NCBI GenBank assembly: GCA_963662715.1 | Contig: OY759724.1 | Location: 300,001-332,000, forward strand | Length of the DNA: 32,000 nt | DNA from: Candidatus Omnitrophota bacterium | Lineage (GTDB): Bacteria > Omnitrophota > Gorgyraeia > Zapsychrales > JANLHA01 | Direction of reading: 5' to 3' | Notes under the pieces: generated by a model | Databases searched by the model: none | Told to the model about the DNA's origin: nothing | The model's input: only the letters and a program-made list of their open reading frames with translations | In this document: positions 15,762 to 24,897 of the stretch, piece by piece | Layout of the letters: the number at the start of each line of letters is the position of its first letter | Position numbering within the stretch: position 1 is the first letter of the stretch | Made by a program: the position numbers and the translations under genes

Positions 15762-18700
15762 TTATTTTAATAAAAAGTTTCGTAATTGAGGAAATTTTCT
15801 ACCCACATTACTTAATAAATCCTGCAAATCTGGAGGATTTATTGTCCCCTCTTCATGGCCCCATGTAACAACGAATTCAGGAGAAATACCAGCCCCAATT
15901 CCTCCAGCAATTCCACATGCACCTCCCAGCTCTCCTTCTCCATAAGTACCGGTTCCAGATATCTGTCCCGCAACACCCTGTCCAGCAGCGGCAAATCCAG
16001 ATATTGAGAATCCAAATTGCGAAATGTCTTCAGGGTCAATGAATGTTTCATAGATACCGACCTGTATGCTAACATACGCACCTCCTTTAGGTCCAACACC
16101 AACTGAACCATAAAACCATCGATGGTACTCACCAGTAGTAATATTGACTAATATCATTTCTCCACCGCCGCCAGTCAAACCTAAACCACCGGAGCCGCCA
16201 GCTACTATATACAACCATTTCTCCAACCCCATCGGATCTACAAAATTCACCGGATCGCCGAGGGTGTACGCATACAGATCCCAATCCCCACCATCAAAAC
16301 CGATAGGATCTTTGGCCGTCCATCTCCCTACTTCTGGGTCGTAATCGCGGAAGCCGAAGCGGACGAGGCCAGTATCGCGATCGTGGAGACCCCCAGCAAA
16401 ACCGAATGGGACTTCGAAGCTTGGTGCGCTGTCGTTAATGATGTTTCCGAAAGAATCGTAGTCGATGCGCTTGACAACTGCCCCACTTGCATCGGTGACT
16501 ACGCGCAACGAGCCGACTTGATCATAGGTCAAGTAGTAAGCGGAACCACCCTTCACCATTTTAAATGGCATTCTAGCGTCAGCATACTCAAACCGCATCA
16601 GTAGGTTATTCGAGCCGTTATATACCGCCAATAACTGCGTGAGGCCATCCCAGAGATATTTCTCGGTTGTAACGCTGTTGACTTGCTTGGCGATCCTTCT
16701 GCCTAGTGGATCGTGGACATATTTGATGGTATTTCCACCCGGAAGGGCTACCTCAAGCAGTTCTCCTCTTGAAGAATAATCATAGGTCGTTGAAGATATG
16801 CCTTCGACTTTCGTCCGCAGAAATCCGTCATCATCATACTGATACGTTGTACTTCCTGCGGTTAAAAGCTGGTCCTCATCATTGTAGCCGTAGCTCTTAC
16901 CGCTGATCCCCCGAAGAATGTTGGTTTCCAAAGAACGTATGCCATTATTATATGCATATTCTTCAACTAATGTACTATCCTTATACACTTTTGTCAATCG
17001 TCCAACAGCGTCGTACTCATAAGAATAGTCCGCTGTCACGCCTGCGACGGTTTCGGTCTTAGCCGAAATCTGTCCGTTATCATTATACGTCAACGACCAA
17101 TTCGTGACCGGTAAACTGTTAACTATGACAGCCTGATTCTCCAGTTCGCCATACCCATTAAAGGTGCGGCCTAGGTTGAGAACACCATCGTCAACAGACT
17201 CAGGCAATCCATTATTTGCATTACGGATAATCGTAAAGCCTGAAGCCGAAGTCAACAACCCGTCATTGTCATACCCAAATCCAGCAGTATCCCCTGAATA
17301 CGTAAAACCGGTCAATTGAAAATCATTGTTGTATGCATAGGAAAGCGCCTGATTCAGCGTCCCAGCCAATGTTTTGGATGTGACCAGAGCGCCGTCATAT
17401 CCATACGTCACAGATTCGCCGCTCTTGGACATGGTCTGCAACTGCCCTGATGACGGGAAATATATCATATCCACATTGCCTTCAGGCGTCTGAATCTGCG
17501 TGAGCTGGGTGTTGGTATAGATATTTTTGATAATTTTCCCGGATGGAAACGTCTTCTGCAATAGCCGCCGGTCTTTATCATAAGTATACGCATAATCAGC
17601 AGACAAGGGCGGATCATAGGTTTTAACTCCATTGACCTTGTTATAAATATACCCATGATTGATTGTTTTCGGGTTAGTCAGCACGGTCATGTTTCCGTTC
17701 AAGTCATACGTGAAATGGATATCCGTGGAATCCGGGCGATGCACCGCGGTAGTGCGGCCCACAGCATCATATTCAAAGGTCGTGATCTTATGCAGAGGAT
17801 CTTCAATGGACTGAACATTACCGTCGCTGTCATACATATACTGAGTCTGGCGCGTTCCGGTTGTAACCGACTGCAGGCGTCCGTCCGGATAATACAGGTA
17901 ATCCGTATCCAGCAATCCCGGCGCACTTACCTTTGAAGTTAACAGCGTTGCCGGATCATAGGTCGTCGTTACTGCCCTGCCTAGCGGCGAGGTCTGAGTG
18001 ATCTGCGAGGTAAGCGTATCATTAACGGATGAAGATGTCTTGCCGTTAACCGTGACTGTGCGTTCAATATGGTCAACCGCGCCATCCGTGTTCGTATCCG
18101 TGTATGTGCGGCTAGACGTAGTTTGCATTATCAGCCCTGCCGGAGTTTGTGCAGACATTTCCTTGATATATTTTGTTTTGTACTCCGGATCATAATCATA
18201 TTGAAAATCAAGGACTGTCCCATCTGGAAGAACTTTGTTGACTGTCAACTCATCCGCGGAGCGGGTGTAATCTGTGATCAAGCCGTCAGGGTCTGTAATG
18301 GTTGAGCTATATGTCCCATTGGTATCCGTATGATCTAGATACGTTGTGATATTGCCTTCGGCGGTGGTAACGGTCGTCTCAATATCGCCGTTATTCAGAA
18401 CCGTTCGGGCAAAAGATTTATGCCCTTCCTCCTGATCATAGGCATCGGTCAAACGTCCGTTTGCATCGAATGTATGCGTGAAATAATTGCCGTTAGGCTC
18501 GGTCTCTTTGGTCATGAGCCCGCCTAAAGTATACTCAAAATCATAACCCGTACTGTCAGGATATTCGATACGCGTCAGATGATCATCTGTATCAACGGTC
18601 AGTTCGTTGCGAACGCCGTCAGGTGAAATGATCGCGGTGGGTACGCCATCGCCATCGCGTTCGACCGTAACCACATTGCCCATATTGTCCGTGATCGAAA

Positions 18701-21700
18701 CAAGGCGGTCTTCACTATCATACCCAAACGTCTCAAGCGTAACACCTGTGTCCAGGTCGCGCGTTTCTTTGTGAAGTCCTGTTTCTGACATCACATACTC
18801 AAAGCCGTCTTCCACAAAGACCTTCTCTTGGGACGTCGAGGTCATCAGCGAATTCATTTCCTCTTCAGGAAGGTCCCGGTCATAGACCCGCACATCATCC
18901 ATCTTTCCTTTAAAATAGTTACCCCATGTTCTCACTACACCTATATATCCAACACCATTAGAATAATACATTGCCCCTGCATCCCCACTATATGCTCCAC
19001 CGACATTGATGCCATTAATATAAATATCCATATTATTGCGACCTCGAATCACACCAACAATATGCGTCCACATATGCAAAGGCAGTACTGTGCCGGTCGA
19101 TTTCGAGTTTCTTGTATGACTGGATGCACGAGTGCCTTCCCTATCCCTCCCGCTTCCAAAATGTGCCTCAACTCCTCCGGTTCCCGAAACCTCCATAAAC
19201 GGCCCAAAATAATGATCCGGCGGATCATCCAGGGAAATGAGTCCTCCCGTTTGATATCCTTCCGGATATATCCACATCGAAAAGGTTACCGGCAAAGATG
19301 GCCTAATTTGATTGCCAATATTAATATAGTCGTTCACTCCATCAAATTCATAGGCACTATTTTCCTGACCAAATCTGTCGTCAGACATTATCGCCCCGGA
19401 AACCGTCCCATCATTACTATAACCACCCTCATCATTGGCATTGCCGTCAAATGGATAATAGGCGATTAAGCCGGAATAAACACTGTTAATCAACGCATCT
19501 TTCAAAATCCGCCCGTCTCCCGTATACAACTTACCTGCGTTTTCTCCATGATGATTCGATAACGCCCATCCTTCCATCAGGATATTTTTTGCCTTTGACG
19601 GACTGCTGATTTTTAAAGTATATTTCTCCCATAACGTTATTTCATTCCGCGCTTTGACTCCTGTTACAGTTGTGCCGGTACTTCCAAAAGCACTTGATGA
19701 TGTAATCCCTTGATAAACGTTATCATACACAAACCCCACCTCTACAGAAGCGATTGCGGTCCCCACCCTATTCCCTAAATAATTCAACCCATCCCACAAA
19801 AATTCTATCTGTTGGTTAGGCAACGGATCAAGTGTCTGTTTCATCACCTGACCAGCGATCGTAAGACGCACAATAATACTTTTAAGCGAATCTGGGACCA
19901 TATCATCAGTAACAGGAACATTGATCACGGTTTTATAGTCCTGAGTCCGGTTGCTCGCGTAATGCAGGGTCAGGCCTGTGCCGGAGACAGGGATATCTTC
20001 ATGATATACACGGCTGCGGCATGTGGCATAAGAATTCAAATTTTCTTTACATGGATCAGAAGTTTGCTGATCAATATTTACTAACTTCGACAAGAGCCAT
20101 GTGATGGCATCAACTGGTATCCCAAACGGCCAGTTACAATCCCAAGGTGAAAAATGTTTTGTTGAAAAACGCCAATACGTCGTTCCCGGCACATATTTCG
20201 CCGGATTATTTAATCCCAAGACCTCATCATCAAAAAAACCATCTCCATCTAAATCATCCTCAACATCATCTCCATCCGCGTCTAAGGCATCCACCACACC
20301 ATCGCTGTTGGTGTCCAGAAGTTTCACAACGACCCCATTCTCCGAGGGAACCCAAACTCCTCGGTCACGATCGTAATATCCCACCGGGACTATTTCTCCT
20401 ACATCAAACCCTAAAAAGTTATCTACGTAATTGACAATGGGTTTATCAAAACGCACGCGCTCTACTCCATCCACTTTAAGCTCTGCGCAGTATGTAAACG
20501 CGGATGTCGGAGGCAGGACTGCCGGCATGGACTCAGGAGTAGTGTATTCCGTAGCACGGGTAGTAATAGTATTAAGCTCAAACATATCGTTACCGTATTC
20601 ATCAACCGCATAAGCTTTATTATCTCCTGTGAAAACCATCGTTGCCCTGCGCGTGCCGGATTCGTCCGTAACCGGCGTACTTTCGTGGACGATAACTGTA
20701 TTCGGGTTACTGTCAAATGTAAAAGTAGTGGCCTTGGTGTCTTCGGCAATCATTGTGATTGTCTCAACAATCGCGATATCATTCCATGGAACATTCACCT
20801 TACGGTGCGCGGTCAGCAGACCATCTTTACTAAAGATAACATTGAGCGTGCCGCCCCCTTCAACTGGCAATGAATACTGACCATTCATATTGGTTTTTGT
20901 CGTCCCGTATTCCGGATGGTTGTCGATGGCAACAAGCACATCGGCCAAAGGAACTTCATTCACGTCATTAACATATCCTGTAATAAGAGAAAACCGCTTG
21001 GAATCATATTCTTCAATGGTTGCGTCGGGTGGGATAATGTTTTCATATTGCTTTCCAAAAGAACCCTCCGGTAAAGGCGTTGGAGTAGATTCAACGGTTA
21101 CCATGACTTGTGCGCTAGCAGAACCTTCCGGGCCCGTTGCTGTGATCGTATAGATGGATGTGCTGGCCGGAGAGACTTCCATAGTGTCGTTGGCAGAAAC
21201 AAGCCCTATGCCGTGATCAATGTATACACTGGTAACATTTTCCGCAAGCCAGGATAAAATCGTTGAGTCACCTTTTTGAATTGTTTGCGGAGAGGCCGTG
21301 ATATTGACAATTGGAAGAAGTGCAGAGCTTTCGACAACAATGGTAACATTATCAGTTGCAACCCCTCCCGCCCCCGACACTGTAATTGTGTAAGCTATGG
21401 TTGAGGCAGGTGAAACATCCTGCAAATCATTGCAATCCACAATACCAATGTCAGGCACAATTTCACACGTGTCTGCATTTGTTGATATCCAACTCAGTGT
21501 AGATGTTTCTCCTTCCTGAATTGTCATTGGATCAGCTTCTATATCAACCGTAGGCGCCTCCGGTGGCGGATTGACCGTGACTGTCACACTATCTACCGCA
21601 CTCCCGCCCGCACCTGTGGCGGTTATTGTGTACGTGGTAGTCTCATCGGGTGTGAGGGGAATTGATCCTGACGGGCCGAAAGTGCCCAATCCAGGAGTAA

Positions 21701-22229
21701 TCTCACAGGAATCAGTATCCGTTGAGGTCCAACTCAATGTGATTGATTCCCCTTCTATGACCGTTGCAGGATTAGAATTGATGCTGACCGTCGGTTGAGC
21801 TGGCGGCACTTTTATATCCCCTAAAATCTCGACTGTATAAGTAAACCTTGCCCGCTGGGAATTGTCAAATTCCCATCTTTTACTATCAGTTGTTGCACCC
21901 GGTAACAATTCGCCCAAAGCAACAGAATATTCAAAATATGGCTTTCCATCAGATGTCATCCCATCTGGATTCGCTACGGTAACACTGGCAGCACTGATAC
22001 TATCAATAACCGCCTTCATCGGAGTTAATAATGTATCCTGAGAGGTATTCTTTAACGAAACGTCCAAGTAATTAATACTGGTTCTGCGGTCAAAACTGAG
22101 TCTTGATTTAATCAGCTCAATCTTACCGGTAATATCCGTTTCCGCCGATGAAATGGTTAAAAATGAAAAAAGTGCGCAAACGATTCCCAGGACAATCAAC
22201 CAAATAGACTTCTTAAAATGTTGAGTCAT
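15762..22229 (-). CDS. RHS/YD-repeat polymorphic toxin, teneurin-like architecture (2155 aa)
   Basis: Domain order: Sec signal peptide; 3 Ig-like repeats; CarboxypepD_reg-like domain; Asp-rich Ca-binding-like stretch (DALDADGDDVEDDLDGDGFFDDE); LamG/ConA-like domain (YYPFDGNANDEGG...MDDVRVYDRDL); dozens of YD repeats (YxYDxxGR/N); RHS core end motif GDPVNFVDPMGL; then a 153-aa C-terminal domain. SD GGGAGGAG precedes the ATG. Confidence 0.95.
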   Translation of the reverse strand: MTQHFKKSIWLIVLGIVCALFSFLTISSAETDITGKIELIKSRLSFDRRTSINYLDVSLKNTSQDTLLTPMKAVIDSISAASVTVANPDGMTSDGKPYFEYSVALGELLPGATTDSKRWEFDNSQRARFTYTVEILGDIKVPPAQPTVSINSNPATVIEGESITLSWTSTDTDSCEITPGLGTFGPSGSIPLTPDETTTYTITATGAGGSAVDSVTVTVNPPPEAPTVDIEADPMTIQEGETSTLSWISTNADTCEIVPDIGIVDCNDLQDVSPASTIAYTITVSGAGGVATDNVTIVVESSALLPIVNITASPQTIQKGDSTILSWLAENVTSVYIDHGIGLVSANDTMEVSPASTSIYTITATGPEGSASAQVMVTVESTPTPLPEGSFGKQYENIIPPDATIEEYDSKRFSLITGYVNDVNEVPLADVLVAIDNHPEYGTTKTNMNGQYSLPVEGGGTLNVIFSKDGLLTAHRKVNVPWNDIAIVETITMIAEDTKATTFTFDSNPNTVIVHESTPVTDESGTRRATMVFTGDNKAYAVDEYGNDMFELNTITTRATEYTTPESMPAVLPPTSAFTYCAELKVDGVERVRFDKPIVNYVDNFLGFDVGEIVPVGYYDRDRGVWVPSENGVVVKLLDTNSDGVVDALDADGDDVEDDLDGDGFFDDEVLGLNNPAKYVPGTTYWRFSTKHFSPWDCNWPFGIPVDAITWLLSKLVNIDQQTSDPCKENLNSYATCRSRVYHEDIPVSGTGLTLHYASNRTQDYKTVINVPVTDDMVPDSLKSIIVRLTIAGQVMKQTLDPLPNQQIEFLWDGLNYLGNRVGTAIASVEVGFVYDNVYQGITSSSAFGSTGTTVTGVKARNEITLWEKYTLKISSPSKAKNILMEGWALSNHHGENAGKLYTGDGRILKDALINSVYSGLIAYYPFDGNANDEGGYSNDGTVSGAIMSDDRFGQENSAYEFDGVNDYINIGNQIRPSLPVTFSMWIYPEGYQTGGLISLDDPPDHYFGPFMEVSGTGGVEAHFGSGRDREGTRASSHTRNSKSTGTVLPLHMWTHIVGVIRGRNNMDIYINGINVGGAYSGDAGAMYYSNGVGYIGVVRTWGNYFKGKMDDVRVYDRDLPEEEMNSLMTSTSQEKVFVEDGFEYVMSETGLHKETRDLDTGVTLETFGYDSEDRLVSITDNMGNVVTVERDGDGVPTAIISPDGVRNELTVDTDDHLTRIEYPDSTGYDFEYTLGGLMTKETEPNGNYFTHTFDANGRLTDAYDQEEGHKSFARTVLNNGDIETTVTTAEGNITTYLDHTDTNGTYSSTITDPDGLITDYTRSADELTVNKVLPDGTVLDFQYDYDPEYKTKYIKEMSAQTPAGLIMQTTSSRTYTDTNTDGAVDHIERTVTVNGKTSSSVNDTLTSQITQTSPLGRAVTTTYDPATLLTSKVSAPGLLDTDYLYYPDGRLQSVTTGTRQTQYMYDSDGNVQSIEDPLHKITTFEYDAVGRTTAVHRPDSTDIHFTYDLNGNMTVLTNPKTINHGYIYNKVNGVKTYDPPLSADYAYTYDKDRRLLQKTFPSGKIIKNIYTNTQLTQIQTPEGNVDMIYFPSSGQLQTMSKSGESVTYGYDGALVTSKTLAGTLNQALSYAYNNDFQLTGFTYSGDTAGFGYDNDGLLTSASGFTIIRNANNGLPESVDDGVLNLGRTFNGYGELENQAVIVNSLPVTNWSLTYNDNGQISAKTETVAGVTADYSYEYDAVGRLTKVYKDSTLVEEYAYNNGIRSLETNILRGISGKSYGYNDEDQLLTAGSTTYQYDDDGFLRTKVEGISSTTYDYSSRGELLEVALPGGNTIKYVHDPLGRRIAKQVNSVTTEKYLWDGLTQLLAVYNGSNNLLMRFEYADARMPFKMVKGGSAYYLTYDQVGSLRVVTDASGAVVKRIDYDSFGNIINDSAPSFEVPFGFAGGLHDRDTGLVRFGFRDYDPEVGRWTAKDPIGFDGGDWDLYAYTLGDPVNFVDPMGLEKWLYIVAGGSGGLGLTGGGGEMILVNITTGEYHRWFYGSVGVGPKGGAYVSIQVGIYETFIDPEDISQFGFSISGFAAAGQGVAGQISGTGTYGEGELGGACGIAGGIGAGISPEFVVTWGHEEGTINPPDLQDLLSNVGRKFPQLRNFLLK
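15765..16223 (-). other. RHS C-terminal toxin domain (153 aa), glycine-zipper-rich, candidate membrane-active effector
   Basis: Begins right after DPMGL (GAG codon at 16221-16223). Contains GGSGGLGLTGGGG, GFAAAGQGVAGQISG and GGACGIAGGIGAGI. No nuclease, deaminase or peptidase motif recognised. Confidence 0.5.
21090..21797 (-). repeat. Three tandem ~80-aa Ig-like repeats inside the RHS N-terminus (protein-level repeat)
   Basis: Repeated pattern P.TI.EGES.TLSW.S...C.I.P.IG......SP..T..YTIT.TG.GG.A...VTV at residues ~145-380. The DNA copies have diverged. Confidence 0.7.
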
Positions 22230-22290
22230 TATATACTCCTCCCGATGAAATTTGACAGTTTACAAGAAAATAAATGGGGCGTTATTAACT

Positions 22291-22899
22291 TTATAAAGCG
22301 GACAACTTGTCATAAAGCTCTTTCTGGGCTTTAGAAAAAGTCCTGTTAATAGCTAGGTTTGCTCTTTCATGTGCTTTTCGGTGATAAGTGGGTCCCGTTC
22401 CAGCACCGCTTTCCTCTCGATCATGACAGACAACCTCGGCTAAAGTTACTGGCTGACCGTTTTTAACTTCAATGACTTCAAAACGAATGCTAATCTCAAA
22501 AGCGGCTTTGGTGAATAACATCATTTTAGCTTTATAATGGACATCTTCTATTGTGACTCGAAGAACAAGGGGATGGTCTGCTGAGGCTGAATTTTCTTCC
22601 TGCTCTCTACCGAAGAGCGACGTCATTAAATTTTTGCTGTTTTGCAAAAAGACATCATAGAAATCCGCACGCATACGTTCTAGCCTTTCTCCTTTGTGAC
22701 CAATCGGGAATATTTCCAAAACACGAGCATCTTCAAAGGAGTCAGTATCGATTGTCCACGGACGGTTTGAAACAAGCTTCGACTCCATCTTGAATGAATG
22801 GTGCGTCCGTGAAGCCATGCGCTCAGATGTGCATGCTGAGAACAGAATCGGTAAAAATAAGATTGAAAAATATATCTTCACACATTTATTCATAATCAT
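22291..22899 (-). CDS. Lipoprotein, unknown function
   Basis: 202 aa. Signal peptide with lipobox LFSAC. Its start shares one nucleotide with the upstream gene's stop (TAATG). Lies 61 nt upstream of the RHS gene. Confidence 0.75.
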   Translation of the reverse strand: MIMNKCVKIYFSILFLPILFSACTSERMASRTHHSFKMESKLVSNRPWTIDTDSFEDARVLEIFPIGHKGERLERMRADFYDVFLQNSKNLMTSLFGREQEENSASADHPLVLRVTIEDVHYKAKMMLFTKAAFEISIRFEVIEVKNGQPVTLAEVVCHDREESGAGTGPTYHRKAHERANLAINRTFSKAQKELYDKLSAL

Positions 22900-23519
22900 T
22901 ACTCCTTTTTATTAAGCAAGGGAGAATTATTTATAAGTTTCTTAACTAGGCTCCCAATTGCCGTTTTTTGCGGATCAGTGCTAAATTCATGAATCACCGT
23001 CCTTGAACTTGAAAGAGCAACTAAAGTAAAAGGTGTGTCGATCCAATCCTGATTTGCCTGTTCAGACCAGAACAATTTCCCTGTTTCATTATCGACAATA
23101 TAAAGGGTAACTGCGGCTTTTCCCGTTTCTGCCAAAATGGGAATACCCTCTTTTTCATTTTTATCGATAGTATAAATAAGGACGTGTTTGAAGGCTGTCG
23201 GGGCTATAGCACGCATGTTTTTTCCTGATTTAATTGATTCGATTTGGGCTGGAGTGATTTTGAAATCAGGACAGCAATCACTTGAAATGATGAGTGAATA
23301 ACCGTTATCGGCTAAATTACTGACTATTCCTGTATAAAGCCAATTCTTAATGGGGTAATATTTCTCTTTAGAGCCTGTGTCCTCAATAACAAGCAATGGC
23401 GCGAGAATGACTTTTTCACGAGTCGAATAATCAGCGGTATGCTCCATAGTACCGCAACCCGCAAAGATAAGAAGGAAAACGATAAAGGTAAATAAAAATA
23501 CCGACCTTTTTATAGACAT
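22899..23519 (-). CDS. Lipoprotein, possibly LpoB/DUF799-like alpha/beta fold
   Basis: 206 aa with lipobox IFAGC. The pattern VILAPL...LADNGYSLI...HVLIYTID...VTLYIVDNETGKLFWSE recalls TolB-N/LpoB/GNA1162-type lipoproteins. That family call is inference only. Confidence 0.7.
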   Translation of the reverse strand: MSIKRSVFLFTFIVFLLIFAGCGTMEHTADYSTREKVILAPLLVIEDTGSKEKYYPIKNWLYTGIVSNLADNGYSLIISSDCCPDFKITPAQIESIKSGKNMRAIAPTAFKHVLIYTIDKNEKEGIPILAETGKAAVTLYIVDNETGKLFWSEQANQDWIDTPFTLVALSSSRTVIHEFSTDPQKTAIGSLVKKLINNSPLLNKKE

Positions 23520-23671
23520 ATGCCCCCCTCTGTTTAATTTCGGATGGCAGGAATTCGGCAGTGAACGTTTTTCGTATAATCAATTCCTTCTATGGTTATT
23601 CTCGACAGTAAAGGAACCTCTATGAAATAAATAATTTCATAGTATTACCTCTCCTGCGCATTGAATGGAGT

Positions 23672-23711
23672 AAAAAAGCCGGAATATTATGGATACCATA
23701 ACGTCCCGGCT
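23672..23711 (-). terminator. Rho-independent terminator downstream of the PEP-CTERM gene
   Basis: On the minus strand, AGCCGG..TTATGG tat CCATAA..CCGGCT forms the stem and is followed by a run of 6 T (A run 23672-23677 on plus). Confidence 0.55.
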
Positions 23712-23860
23712 GCTATTGACATTCTTGAACTTTTCGATTTATTTTGTAATCATAAAAATACTGGGCACTCGTGCTTGAGGAATAAATAAAAATTTGTCTC
23801 ATGAAACAAAAATTCCAAATACCTCATTCTTAATTTTTATGGGTTAATCATCACAACAAG

Positions 23861-24403
23861 CTATGTACGAATTCTTCTCTTCTTTCTGCTGCCAAATACA
23901 CCAGCCAAGCCCGTGCTGAAAAGAAACAATGTACATGGCTCAGGAATGACATTCGACTCTGTGGCCAAATCAATGTTATAAAGGCGTGCGGTACTGCCAG
24001 CGTCAAAATCTCCTCCCCAGATCAATCCCCAGGCCAGAGATACTTCACTTCCCTGATACGAGGATAAGTCGATGTCATAATGACCGGCAGATGTGTTAGC
24101 ATCCACCTCCAATTCCGGGAAAAAGTCCAGTTCAAACGTAAAATAATCATCCACATCATCGGGCCCAAGCTGAAAATCATAGTCAAAAGACAAAATCGTG
24201 GCATCATTCTCGACAAGAAAGTTATCATTGAAAAAATACCAAGCCACGTTATCCATTGTTTCCGTGAATGAAACTTCCCCGCCACTGACAACCACATCAT
24301 CCTCTGCCGTAAAACCGCTTAAATCGAGCGGCATGGCTTGTGCAATCCGACAGCATAATAACATGCAAAAACTTACACATAGCACCATAAACATTCGTCT
24401 CAT
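23861..24403 (-). CDS. PEP-CTERM sorting-domain secreted protein
   Basis: 180 aa with an N-terminal signal peptide. The C-terminal VIPEPCTLFLFSTGLAGVFGSRKKRRIRT gives a PEP motif, a TM helix and a basic tail. Confidence 0.9.
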   Translation of the reverse strand: MRRMFMVLCVSFCMLLCCRIAQAMPLDLSGFTAEDDVVVSGGEVSFTETMDNVAWYFFNDNFLVENDATILSFDYDFQLGPDDVDDYFTFELDFFPELEVDANTSAGHYDIDLSSYQGSEVSLAWGLIWGGDFDAGSTARLYNIDLATESNVIPEPCTLFLFSTGLAGVFGSRKKRRIRT

Positions 24404-24549
24404 AAAACCGGTCTCCTTTTAAAATTTATTATCGATTAACGTGTAACTAGATCAAAGCTTAGCAAAACGCTCAAGAATCGTCAAGATGACATAGCCGGAC
24501 AAAAGTAGACAATGAAAAAAAGCAAAAAAGAAGCGTAATTAGCTTGGGT

Positions 24550-24723
24550 TTAATCTGAAAATAGGAAATGTCTCATTCCTCCAACGATCCCAAAAAAAAT
24601 CATAAAAAACGGGAGCAAAACACATCCCAATACACATCCGGCAATCATTCCGACGATAATAAAAATACGGTCAATTATGCAAAAAATTGCAACCAATAAT
24701 AAAATAGACAATACTATACTCAT
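24550..24723 (-). CDS. Unlisted small hydrophobic ORF (57 aa, MSIVLSILLLVAIFCIIDRIFIIVGMIAGCVLGCVLLPFFMIFFGIVGGMRHFLFSD)
   Basis: Hand-translated. GAGG lies 8 nt upstream of the ATG at 24723. Two predicted TM helices. Divergent from the XRE gene. Confidence 0.35.
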   Translation of the reverse strand: MSIVLSILLLVAIFCIIDRIFIIVGMIAGCVLGCVLLPFFMIFFGIVGGMRHFLFSD

Positions 24724-24789
24724 ACTAATTCCCTCAAAAACATATAAAAAGATTTTTGCTAGCAGCGTGGAAAAATAAAACGCCTAGAG

Positions 24790-24808
24790 ACATACCTATA
24801 CGGTATGT
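24790..24808. promoter_or_regulatory. Palindromic candidate operator between the small hydrophobic ORF and the XRE gene
   Basis: ACATACC tatac GGTATGT: perfect 7-bp arms with a 5-bp spacer, ~90 nt upstream of the XRE ATG. Confidence 0.4.
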
Positions 24809-24897
24809 ACATTATACACAAATCTTGTACTCTTGTAAAGGCATTTCATACCCCTACCTGAGTGTACCTTAGCGGTATTGTCATAGATAATAAATCC

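Noticed and set aside
15839-21798. About 20 plus- and minus-strand ORFs of 60-213 aa inside the RHS gene, for example 18828-19469 (+) at 213 aa and 20101-20434 (+).
   Set aside because: All lie antisense to, or out of frame within, a 2155-aa ORF with unmistakable YD/RHS motifs. Their translations are low-complexity (Ser/Pro/His/Ile runs) with no motifs or ribosome-binding sites. They are typical shadow ORFs.
22291-23519. Assigning the two lipoproteins to named families (LpoB, DUF799/GNA1162, DUF4410) as firm annotations.
   Set aside because: The resemblance is a pattern-level impression only. Without profile searches the family names are kept as hypotheses, not as calls.
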